Below are positions 21,552 through 30,346 of a stretch of DNA of 64,000 nucleotides, in pieces. Under the pieces are notes generated by a model that was not told the DNA's origin, made no database searches, and saw nothing but the letters and a program-made list of their open reading frames with translations. Origin of the DNA: Candidatus Poribacteria bacterium (GTDB taxonomy: Bacteria; Poribacteria; WGA-4E; WGA-3G); contig OZ244048.1 of assembly GCA_965215265.1 (NCBI GenBank), positions 2,528,001 to 2,592,000 on the forward strand. The letters run 5' to 3'. Position 1 is the first letter of the stretch. Every line of letters begins with the position of its first letter. A program made the position numbers and the translations under genes.

Positions 21552-22490
21552 ATGGCAGAACCCGATATCACCTCTAAATATATGGCACGCGAACATCTCA
21601 ACGCACTCCTAAAGTTGTTCGGCATTCCGAACGCGGTTGTATTGGAGCATGTGGACAGCGTGCAAGCGAGAGTCAAAGAATATCAAGGCGACAGCAGCGC
21701 GAAAGTGAAAATAGATGGCAAAGAGATAATACTTCATATAGAAGTCCAAACCACAGATAGCCGTCAACCGATGTGGGCGCGGGTGGCGAACTACTGTGGA
21801 CACCTGATGCTGGTGCACCAGCTGCCCGTTTACTGTGTCGTGTTATACCTGCGTCCGAATGCCGGGCGGCGCGACAGGGGCACCTTTGGATATGACGCGA
21901 CAGATTTCAAATATCTGCTGCAATATAAAGTGGTTCGTCTGGCAGAAGTGGACGGTGCATCGATATTAGCATCGGGTGAGCCGGGTTTGCTGCCGTATAC
22001 GCCGTTGATGAAAGCGCCCGTGGATATGGCGGGTGATGCGTGGTTACGGCGGTGTGCCGAGAAGGCAGAGGCGACATTAGAGAACAATCCTGAGCGTGCG
22101 AATCTTCTGACAGCCTTTGCGGTTTTCGCCGAGCTGCTGCATAGCAAGAGCACGATAGCATCCCTAATTACGGAGGTCATCATGCAAGAGTCAACACTCT
22201 TACAACCTTACTTCGAAAAAGAACGTGAGGCAGGACGAAAACAAGGTTTAGAACAAGGTATAGAACGAGGCATGGAACGAGGCATAGAACGAGGCATAGA
22301 ACAAGGTGCGAAAGAGAGCACCATCAAAAATACATTGGCGGTGCTGAGCGCTAAGTTTTCACCGGATACTGTCAAGGCGTTAGCACCGGCGTTGCAACGC
22401 ATTACCGATTTACAACGCCTTGAGCTGCTGCTGCTCGCCGCCGTTCAGGCGGAGAGTCTTGATAGTTTCGCACGAAGCCTAAACCGATAG
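21552..22490 (+). CDS. Rpn-family (PD-(D/E)xK) nuclease / putative transposase
   Basis: DITSK, ILHIEVQ, PVYCVVLYL, GLLPYTPLM, MQES, GIER/GMER repeats at about 22240-22307 and a C-terminal helical domain similar to that of 19970..21079. Confidence 0.85.
   Translation: MAEPDITSKYMAREHLNALLKLFGIPNAVVLEHVDSVQARVKEYQGDSSAKVKIDGKEIILHIEVQTTDSRQPMWARVANYCGHLMLVHQLPVYCVVLYLRPNAGRRDRGTFGYDATDFKYLLQYKVVRLAEVDGASILASGEPGLLPYTPLMKAPVDMAGDAWLRRCAEKAEATLENNPERANLLTAFAVFAELLHSKSTIASLITEVIMQESTLLQPYFEKEREAGRKQGLEQGIERGMERGIERGIEQGAKESTIKNTLAVLSAKFSPDTVKALAPALQRITDLQRLELLLLAAVQAESLDSFARSLNR
22182..22490 (+). CDS. predicted intragenic small protein (Rpn-S-like antitoxin, 102 aa)
   Basis: GGAGGT at 22172-22177, then an in-frame ATG at 22182 (MQESTLLQPYF...). 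Confidence 0.6.
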   Translation: MQESTLLQPYFEKEREAGRKQGLEQGIERGMERGIERGIEQGAKESTIKNTLAVLSAKFSPDTVKALAPALQRITDLQRLELLLLAAVQAESLDSFARSLNR

Positions 22491-22529
22491 GAACGCTAGC
22501 CTTGTCGGGAGAGGGACTAAGGCATCATT

Positions 22530-25304
22530 ATGCCCGTTTATCGCAAAAAACTGATTGAGGTGAATATCCCGCTGCCAGCCATCAACGCGGAATCGGCAAA
22601 GGATGCCTCGCTGACACATGGACACCCTTCAACGCTGCACCGCTATTGGGCGCGCCGCCCACTCGCCGCTTGTCGCGCCGTCATCTTCGCCTGCCTTGTA
22701 GATGATCCGGGCGACTGCCCCGCCGAGTTCCCAACCGAAGCGGCGCAGAATGCTGAACGCGACAGGCTCCACTGCCTGCTTAGCCGGCTTGTGGTTTGGA
22801 AAAATAGCACCGATGACAACTTGTTAGCCGAGGCACGCTACGAGATTGCTTTGTCTGTGGCACGCAACAACGGCGAAGAGTTGACGGCTTTTCGGCAGCG
22901 GTTTGAGAAGGAACCGGGGGCGGTGCTAAACTATCTGCGAGAACACGGTCCTGCTGTCTACGATGCGTTCTGTGGCGGGGGCTCCATCCCCCTTGAAGCA
23001 CAACGATTGGGCGTGCATGCCCGCGGCTCGGATCTAAATCCACTCCCTGTGCTGCTCACGAAGGCGATGATTGAATTGCCCCCGAGATTTCATAACCATC
23101 CACCGCTCCATCTCAAAGCGGATTCAGCCAATAGCATCGTCACAGAGCAGAGTTGGCGTGGCACGGCGGGCTTGGCTGCCGACATCCGCCACTACGGCCA
23201 GTGGCTGCGCGAACAAGCCCACCAACGCATCGGGCACCTCTATCCGCCAGTGCGGTTGCGAGACGGCACGGCTGCCACCGTTGTGGCGTGGCTGTGGGCA
23301 CGCACGGTGCCGTGCAGCAACCCTGCCTGCGGGCTTCAGAAGCCGCTGATGAAAAGCTTTCAGTTGTCAAAGAGGCGTGGCAATGAATATTGGACAAAAC
23401 CTGTAGTGGACAGAGACACCAACACGCTATCGTGGGTGGTGCAACCCTCAAAGACGGGTGTGCCGATGCCGACAGTGAGGCGTACGGGCGCGCACTGCTG
23501 CGCGTGCGGCACGGCAGTTAAATTGGCTTATCTTCGCGAGCAAGCGAAACGCGGGAAGATGGGGGAGATGATGACGGCGATAGTGGCCGAGAGCCCACCC
23601 ACCCAACGCAAAAAGTTGTTCCTGTCGCCTACTGACGAACATCTTCAAGTGGCAATGGCTGCTATTCCAAAATGGCGGCCAAGGCAAGCCATAATGAATA
23701 CGCCAAAGGTTAGCAGTCTCGGTTACGGCATGACACATTGGCATGAACTCTTCACTGAGCGGCAACTCACTGCACTAACCACTTTCAGCGACCTGTTGCC
23801 AGAAGTCCGCCATCGTATCCTACAAGACGGCGCAGAGGAAAGCTACGCCGATGCGGTTTGCACCTATCTCGCACTCGCTATCGGGAGAACTGCTGAGAGC
23901 CATTGTAGTTTTGCATGGTGGCAAGATCCAGTAGTCCGAACGGTTTTTACGGTTCAAGCCATTCAGATGACGTGGGCTTTCGCGGAAGCCAATCCATTCT
24001 CAAATTCAACACAGAATTGGATGGCACAGGTGGAGTGGATTGCAAAAGTGATTGAGCATTTACCCGCCACCGCGAACAGCGGCACCGTGTATCAGGCAGA
24101 CGCTACCAACACACCGCATGCCAAAGAGAGACCTGTTATCGTCACAGATCCGCCCTACTACGACAACATTAACTACGCCGATTTGTCAGACTTTTTCTAC
24201 GTCTGGCTGCGCCCGTTGCTTCGCGACACTTATCCAGAGTTGTTCGGCGGGATGATGACACCGAAGAGTGAAGAGATTATTGCTGCACCCAGGTTTGAGG
24301 GGGCGCGAGAGCGGTTTGAAGAACTGCTCAGCAAAGTTTTGCTGCGGCTGCGGCAGGACTGCTCTGACAGGTTTCCTACCCTCATCTTCTACGCCTACAA
24401 ACAGCAGGCCGCGAAACGCGAGGATAACGCCTCCACCGGTTGGGAGACGATGCTCGCTGCACTCGTCAACGCAGGCTTTCAAATCGTGGCTACCTGGCCC
24501 ATACGCACGGAACAAACGAAAGGACTCAAGACACAGGTCAATGCGCTCGCCTCCTCTATTCTGCTGGTGTGCCGCCCACGCCCGGAAGATGCACCTCTCA
24601 TCATCCGTAACGCCTTCTTGAAAGAACTCAAAGCCGCAATGCCACCCGCGCTTGACAGGCTCACACGCACCGCAAACATCAGACCTGTTGATCTGGCGCA
24701 AGCCGCTATCGGCCCAGGGATGGCTGTCTACTCCCGCTATCGCCAGGTGACGCGAATCAGCGGAGAACTCATTTCTATACGCGAGGCGCTTCGGCACATC
24801 AATCACGAAATCGTGGCTTATCACGAAAAGGAGACGGGCGAACTGGATGCGGAGAGTCAGTTCTGTCTGACGTGGCTGCAGCAGCACGATTACACGGTAG
24901 GCACTTTCGGGGATGCCGATGGACTGTCAAAAGCGAAAGGCGTGGACATCGCCGCACTGCACGACAAGGTGCTGCTTGCGGAACGAGGTCAGGTTCGGTT
25001 GCTGCGAGGCGGAGAGTTGGCAGCGCGCGAGCACAGTGAAAGGATGACGGCGTGGGAGGGGTGTCAGCGGATGGTTTGGCATCTGTCGGGTATAGAGTTT
25101 AGCGGTGGGATTCAGGGGTGCGTTAGGGTAGGGCTTGGGATGCGAGAGAGCGAGTCAGCGGTGCGTTTAGCGCGCGTGTTGTATGCCCACTATGAGAGGT
25201 GCGGAGATGCGGAACGTGCGTCAGACTACAACCTGCTCGTGTCGGAGTGGCGAGATATAGAGCAGGAGATGGGCTTAGCGCAACGGAGGCAGACACTGTT
25301 CTAA
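22530..25304 (+). CDS. DUF1156-domain adenine-specific DNA methyltransferase
   Basis: KKLIEV...LHRYWARRPLAACRA N-terminus, motif I FCGGGSIPLEA, zinc ribbons and motif IV TDPPYYD. Confidence 0.9.
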   Translation: MPVYRKKLIEVNIPLPAINAESAKDASLTHGHPSTLHRYWARRPLAACRAVIFACLVDDPGDCPAEFPTEAAQNAERDRLHCLLSRLVVWKNSTDDNLLAEARYEIALSVARNNGEELTAFRQRFEKEPGAVLNYLREHGPAVYDAFCGGGSIPLEAQRLGVHARGSDLNPLPVLLTKAMIELPPRFHNHPPLHLKADSANSIVTEQSWRGTAGLAADIRHYGQWLREQAHQRIGHLYPPVRLRDGTAATVVAWLWARTVPCSNPACGLQKPLMKSFQLSKRRGNEYWTKPVVDRDTNTLSWVVQPSKTGVPMPTVRRTGAHCCACGTAVKLAYLREQAKRGKMGEMMTAIVAESPPTQRKKLFLSPTDEHLQVAMAAIPKWRPRQAIMNTPKVSSLGYGMTHWHELFTERQLTALTTFSDLLPEVRHRILQDGAEESYADAVCTYLALAIGRTAESHCSFAWWQDPVVRTVFTVQAIQMTWAFAEANPFSNSTQNWMAQVEWIAKVIEHLPATANSGTVYQADATNTPHAKERPVIVTDPPYYDNINYADLSDFFYVWLRPLLRDTYPELFGGMMTPKSEEIIAAPRFEGARERFEELLSKVLLRLRQDCSDRFPTLIFYAYKQQAAKREDNASTGWETMLAALVNAGFQIVATWPIRTEQTKGLKTQVNALASSILLVCRPRPEDAPLIIRNAFLKELKAAMPPALDRLTRTANIRPVDLAQAAIGPGMAVYSRYRQVTRISGELISIREALRHINHEIVAYHEKETGELDAESQFCLTWLQQHDYTVGTFGDADGLSKAKGVDIAALHDKVLLAERGQVRLLRGGELAAREHSERMTAWEGCQRMVWHLSGIEFSGGIQGCVRVGLGMRESESAVRLARVLYAHYERCGDAERASDYNLLVSEWRDIEQEMGLAQRRQTLF

Positions 25305-25581
25305 GAGGGGGTTCACTCTGCGTGATACGCGCCTTTGTTATTGGATTGTTCTAAGAAGCTGCCAGTTTTCACGCATTTATTCCCATTTTTTGTGGTGAGT
25401 TAGAGCCACCTATTAGCCAACCAGGATGACAATGCTAACACCGGGTCCCTTCTTCTGCTGCGCATCCTAAAATTCTGCAAATCCTAATTCTGAATTCTGA
25501 TATCCAACACCACATATCTGCCACAAGAACCTCTTTCTCATAAGCCTGTTACAAAAAACGGGCGTAAGTGAAAAAAAACAG

Positions 25582-25610
25582 TTGACATCCGTTGAAAAAT
25601 AAGGTATAAT
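25582..25610 (+). promoter_or_regulatory. consensus sigma70 promoter of argF
   Basis: TTGACA-N17-TATAAT. Confidence 0.8.
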
Positions 25611-25638
25611 TTCGTTTTCTTTAAAGAAGGTGAAAACG

Positions 25639-26577
25639 ATGATGCATCTAATTACACTCAAAAATTGGACAGAAGCTGATATTCTTGAGACGGTTGCAGA
25701 CAGCCTTAACATCAAAAACTATCCTGAAAAATCTAGACACGCTGTAGTGGGCCGGAGTCTCGCGTTGCTTTTTCAGAAGACTTCGACTCGGACGCGTTGC
25801 GCAGGCGAAATCGGCATTACGGAACTAGGCGGGCACGCCTACTACCTCGACTGGCGCACGACAAATTTTGGGTTAGCGGACCTCGGTGACGAAATTCGCG
25901 TGCTGTCGGCGTATGTTGATGTGATTTTAGCCCGATTCTTGAAACACGCCGATATGGTCTCCGCGGCCGCCGCAGCAGATGTGCCAATGATTAACGGTTG
26001 TTGCGATAGGTATCACCCGACGCAGGCACTCGGAGATCTGATGACTATCCAAGAAACCTTCGGTAGACTTGAAGGTGTTAAGCTGTGCTTTATCGGGGTG
26101 CATAACAACGTTTGCAATTCACTGATTGCGGCCGGGATGAAGGTAGGGATTGAGGTCACGGTTGTTGCACCGGAAGTCAATCCAGCTGCTGTGGATAAAG
26201 AATTATGGGATGGAGCCGGCCGGAAGGGGCTTTTGAAACGGCTGTCAGCAGGCGAACTTACGAATGGTAACTTGGAAAAAATCGTTGCGCAAAGTGATAT
26301 TGTCTATACAGACACCTGGATTGACATGGAATTTTTCACAGATCCGGCATTCGCAGCAGAACGGAAACGGCGGACGGAACAGATGATGCCGTATCAGTTG
26401 AATGGTGCCCTGCTTAAGGGCCACGCGTGCAGGATTATGCACTGTTTACCGGCACATCGCGGTTATGAAATCGCCGGTGAGATGCTTGACGATGCTCGTG
26501 CAATTATCTTTGAGCAGTCTGAAAACCGTCTTCATAGTATGAAAGGAATTCTGCTCAAATTGCTGTTGGGTATTTAA
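25639..26577 (+). CDS. argF: ornithine carbamoyltransferase
   Basis: STRTR, HPTQ, YTDTWIDM, HCLP, QSENRLH. Confidence 0.85.
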   Translation: MMHLITLKNWTEADILETVADSLNIKNYPEKSRHAVVGRSLALLFQKTSTRTRCAGEIGITELGGHAYYLDWRTTNFGLADLGDEIRVLSAYVDVILARFLKHADMVSAAAAADVPMINGCCDRYHPTQALGDLMTIQETFGRLEGVKLCFIGVHNNVCNSLIAAGMKVGIEVTVVAPEVNPAAVDKELWDGAGRKGLLKRLSAGELTNGNLEKIVAQSDIVYTDTWIDMEFFTDPAFAAERKRRTEQMMPYQLNGALLKGHACRIMHCLPAHRGYEIAGEMLDDARAIIFEQSENRLHSMKGILLKLLLGI

Positions 26578-26634
26578 TGTAACGGTTGACATCGTTGAGC
26601 AGTCCCCTTTTTCTCTCTATTATCCCAAACGATT

Positions 26635-27792
26635 ATGAAAACTTATCTAGATTGGCTCGAATGTAGCAGCGGCTGTGTAAAAAAATACTCATATACTGAG
26701 CCGCAGAACGTGTGTACGTCGTGTGGGAAACCGTTATTTGCCCGGTATGACCTTCAAACCTTAGCAGAGACCTGGAAACGTGAGCATCTTTTATCGCGTG
26801 TGCCGACGTTGTGGCGTTACAGTGAGCTGCTGCCTATTTGCGAAGTGTTTAATCGCGTCACACTTGGTGAAACGATGACGCCGCTCATTCATGCGAAAAA
26901 GCTGGGTGCAACATTAGGCGATGCGCCCGAGGTCTGGATAAAGGACGAATCTCGTCTGCCGACAGGGAGTTTTAAGGCGCGCGGTTTAGCGTTAGCGGTT
27001 TCTAAGGCGAAGGAGTTGGGGTTGACGCAGTTAGCTATCCCGTCAGCAGGTAATGCGGCAACAGCCCTTGCCCTCTATGCAGCGTGCGCCGGCATCACTG
27101 CCAACATTTTTATGCCGAAAGATACGCCTGCTTTTAATCAGGAAACCTGCCGGCTTGCGGGTGCGAAGGTGACACTCATTGATGGTTTTATTACAGATGC
27201 GGGTAGAATTGTCGCAGAACGAAAACTGGATGAAGGGTGGTTTGACGTGTCTACTCTAAAAGAGCCGTATCGTGTTGAGGGCAAAAAGACGATGGGTTTT
27301 GAATTAGCAGAACAATTCGGGTGGGAGCTTCCTGATGTCATCATCTATCCGACCGGCGGTGGTACGGGTCTAATCGGCATGCGGAAAGCGTTTGAAGAAT
27401 TAATAGAGCTCGGGTGGATTAGCGATAAACTCCCAAGGTTCATCGCTGTGCAAGCCGCCGGGTGTGCGCCTATTGTGAAAGCGTGGGAGGAAGGTGCATC
27501 TGAAGCTGCGCCCTGGCAAGATGCAGAGACTATCGCCAGTGGTTTGCGCGTGCCGCAAGCAATTGGCGACTTTCTGATTTTAAACACAATACGGGTAACC
27601 GGTGGTGCTGCCATCGCAGTTACAGACGATGCCATCCGAGAGGCGATGCGATTGCTGCCGGCAACCGAAGGTCTTCTGACGTGCCCGGAGGGTGCGGCAA
27701 CTGTGGCTGCCCTCAAACAGTTAATCGGGAGAGGTATAATTGAGCGTAACGAGCGGATTGTGCTATTTAATACAGGTGGGTATCAATCTTAA
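26635..27792 (+). CDS. thrC: threonine synthase (PLP fold II)
   Basis: N-terminal Zn ribbon, PTGSFKARG, SAGNA, EGKKT, PTGGGTG, CPEG. Confidence 0.85.
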   Translation: MKTYLDWLECSSGCVKKYSYTEPQNVCTSCGKPLFARYDLQTLAETWKREHLLSRVPTLWRYSELLPICEVFNRVTLGETMTPLIHAKKLGATLGDAPEVWIKDESRLPTGSFKARGLALAVSKAKELGLTQLAIPSAGNAATALALYAACAGITANIFMPKDTPAFNQETCRLAGAKVTLIDGFITDAGRIVAERKLDEGWFDVSTLKEPYRVEGKKTMGFELAEQFGWELPDVIIYPTGGGTGLIGMRKAFEELIELGWISDKLPRFIAVQAAGCAPIVKAWEEGASEAAPWQDAETIASGLRVPQAIGDFLILNTIRVTGGAAIAVTDDAIREAMRLLPATEGLLTCPEGAATVAALKQLIGRGIIERNERIVLFNTGGYQS

Positions 27793-27799
27793 ACGTTAG

Positions 27800-27849
27800 C
27801 GAAAAGTTCTTGTGCCTCTCAATACTTCGTGAAGCACAAGAACTTTTCG
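27800..27849. terminator. bidirectional hairpin between convergent genes
   Basis: 16-bp inverted repeat CGAAAAGTTCTTGTGC / GCACAAGAACTTTTCG. Confidence 0.65.
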
Positions 27850-27903
27850 TCTTTTTTACCGGTCCGGGATATTTTCGCAGAATTAGATAGAACATAGGGC
27901 TAT

Positions 27904-28686
27904 CTATCGATTTTCCTTCTGTAGGTAATCGTAGGTGGGTTGTTCATTCTCATCGCTGCCAGTTTCTTCTGCCGGTGCCCCTTCTTCACCGACGCGGTAG
28001 CCGACGCGGTATTTTCTAACAGAGAGAATAGGGTAGGGTCCATCAAACCCAGTAATGATGCCGTGTACCTCAACCTCTTTCTGATTATTAGCGGCATCAA
28101 TTCGGAGTTGATCGAATTCAGCGTTTGCACTGAAGACGAATTTCTGGTCTTCGCTCCCCGCGTTCATGGCGTGATGTATATGAGAGGTATCCGGTCTCCA
28201 GCGTCGCCAAGACGGTACGTTTCGGATATAACTTCGTGCAAATCCGGGGTGTGCAAACAGGTCTCCGCGCACTGTTGCTTCGCTTTTAAGGATGCGGGAT
28301 TGCCCGAGTCCATGACGGCCACGGAATCGCGAATCGTTAAGCTGCCGCATAATATCGTATACGTCAAAAGTATGCGTTTCGCTATATTCAGAGGCACCTT
28401 GTCGGGGCTTGACTTCAACGACAGTGGTGAAAAGTCGTTTTTTCCCGTTTTTTCCAACTGGGGTATAGAAGGTAATGTCTTCAGCAGCCGCCCATGGTTC
28501 CAGCAACCGCCGGATCTGCCGGGCATCAGCGTTACTGACGACATCGGAAATCTCTATCTTTAAAGTTGCCACTTCAGCCGAACTGAGTGAGCTCATTCCT
28601 GCTAATAGGAGCAGGAGCAGCGCTCCGAAGGTGACACGCTGTAAACTGAGGAACCGCCAAGGGGTTCCTAAGTGTGTGCGTTTCAT
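27904..28686 (-). CDS. secreted hypothetical protein
   Basis: Signal-peptide-like N-terminus (..LLLLLLAGMSSLSSA) and GGAGG RBS. Confidence 0.75.
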   Translation of the reverse strand: MKRTHLGTPWRFLSLQRVTFGALLLLLLAGMSSLSSAEVATLKIEISDVVSNADARQIRRLLEPWAAAEDITFYTPVGKNGKKRLFTTVVEVKPRQGASEYSETHTFDVYDIMRQLNDSRFRGRHGLGQSRILKSEATVRGDLFAHPGFARSYIRNVPSWRRWRPDTSHIHHAMNAGSEDQKFVFSANAEFDQLRIDAANNQKEVEVHGIITGFDGPYPILSVRKYRVGYRVGEEGAPAEETGSDENEQPTYDYLQKENR

Positions 28687-29168
28687 TGTGGTTTCCTCCG
28701 TTATTATATTCTCATTGTATCTATTATACCCTATTTTACGAAAAAAGTTGCAATAAAAAAAGTATTATATTATCTGAGTGGCGGATTTGCCTATGTGATG
28801 AGCTTAGGGGTGAAAATTTTATAATACTTCTCTACGCGGATGGTGCTTGAACAGTCAAGCCTCGGGGAAAAATATGGACTTGAGGGCCGCTGTAATGAAT
28901 CCAACGTTGTAATCTCTCCGTCTATAGATACACTTGCTAAAAACTAAATCGCCTAAAAAAAATTGTCTTGCTACTTGTCCGCAGAGTATATTACGATAAA
29001 ATTATAGTAAATACCTTAATGGTATTTGCTGTACGAATTTAATGAAACGCTCAATTAAAAAGTTGAAAAGGATTATAGAATATGTTAACATTTAAATAAA
29101 CTATTCCTATTAGAGGTTAAGAACGGTCCCATTAGGGAACGACGAAAGAGAAAGAGGAGGTCTGAGAG

Positions 29169-30098
29169 ATGAAAAAAAAGTTTTGGGTAGCGATGGTGCT
29201 TTCGGTGATGTGTGTTGCCACCACTTACGGACAATACAACGGTGAATGTTGGGTTGTGAGCGAGGGGAGTACGATTTATAAGTTATATTCAAATGGAAAC
29301 GCAGATATGAACGTTATCCCCAATTTAACACAAGCAAGTGCGGCTGAGGTGAATCCAGCAGATGGGGTTGTCTGGATTGCTGTATCAGCGGCAAATACCG
29401 TCTACCGGTATAATCCAAATAGTGGTGCGTTTCTTGAGATTCCGGATATCAACCGTCCAAGCATGATTTCCATTAATCCTGAAGACGGCTCTGCGTGGAT
29501 TGCCGGTTATGACGGTGTGAAAAAGGTTTCGGGCGATGGTACACAAATCCTCGCCCATATAGAGGCGCATGAACCGGCAGTTGCTGTGAATCCGAAGGAT
29601 GGAAGTTGTTGGATAACCAATGCGCGTGGGCCGATTGCGCGTTACGATGCAGCCGGGAATAAGGTTGCAGATGCCCCCCCGATGGGCGAACCGAAAGGCG
29701 TAACGGTTGACTATGAAGGCAACGCGTGGGTTGCAGATAGTCAGCACAGCATCCTCGTTCGACTCTCACCGGCAGGCGAGAAGTTGGTGGAACTCACTGA
29801 TATTCCGAATCCGACTTCTCCACGTATCAATCCCAAGGATGGCAGTCTCTGGGTAGTTTCTCAACAATCGATGCTGGTAAATTTGGCTAAAGACGGGACA
29901 AAGGTGACTGAATTTCCAGCAGGTATGGCAATTCTTGCAATTAGTATCTCCCCTGAGGACAACGGTATTTGGGTGGCGGACATGTTAGGCGAGTCGTTTC
30001 AAGGTGAAGTCAGTAAATTTTCTGCAAAAGGTGTGAAAATTTTTGCTAACGCCATTAAGCAACCGTCTTCCGTTTCGGTTGGATATTGGAAACCGTAG
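29169..30098 (+). CDS. secreted beta-propeller protein (NHL/Vgb-like repeats)
   Basis: Signal peptide, repeated (V/I)NPxDGSxWxx blades and GGAGG RBS. Confidence 0.8.
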   Translation: MKKKFWVAMVLSVMCVATTYGQYNGECWVVSEGSTIYKLYSNGNADMNVIPNLTQASAAEVNPADGVVWIAVSAANTVYRYNPNSGAFLEIPDINRPSMISINPEDGSAWIAGYDGVKKVSGDGTQILAHIEAHEPAVAVNPKDGSCWITNARGPIARYDAAGNKVADAPPMGEPKGVTVDYEGNAWVADSQHSILVRLSPAGEKLVELTDIPNPTSPRINPKDGSLWVVSQQSMLVNLAKDGTKVTEFPAGMAILAISISPEDNGIWVADMLGESFQGEVSKFSAKGVKIFANAIKQPSSVSVGYWKP

Positions 30099-30346
30099 TG
30101 GGCGGAACGTGGGAAATTTCATCGAGATGCAAAACGATGCCCTTTACCGACAAGTCCGCATTTTTGGTGTTGTATAAACCGCTCGCTCTGTCACCGTGAG
30201 AGAAGGCGTATCGCGATCGGGAGGTTGCGCCTACAAATTGTGGATTGACAAGCGATAAACCTCGAGTTATAACGGTATGGAAATCTTTCTGACAGTAAAA
30301 GCAGGCGTGATTCGCCGGTCGCGCCAATAGATAAAGAGGAAGCATC

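Noticed and set aside
19970-22490. Rpn genes as true IS transposases
   Set aside because: No DDE/HUH motifs or gene-bounding terminal inverted repeats; the family is a PD-(D/E)xK nuclease family.
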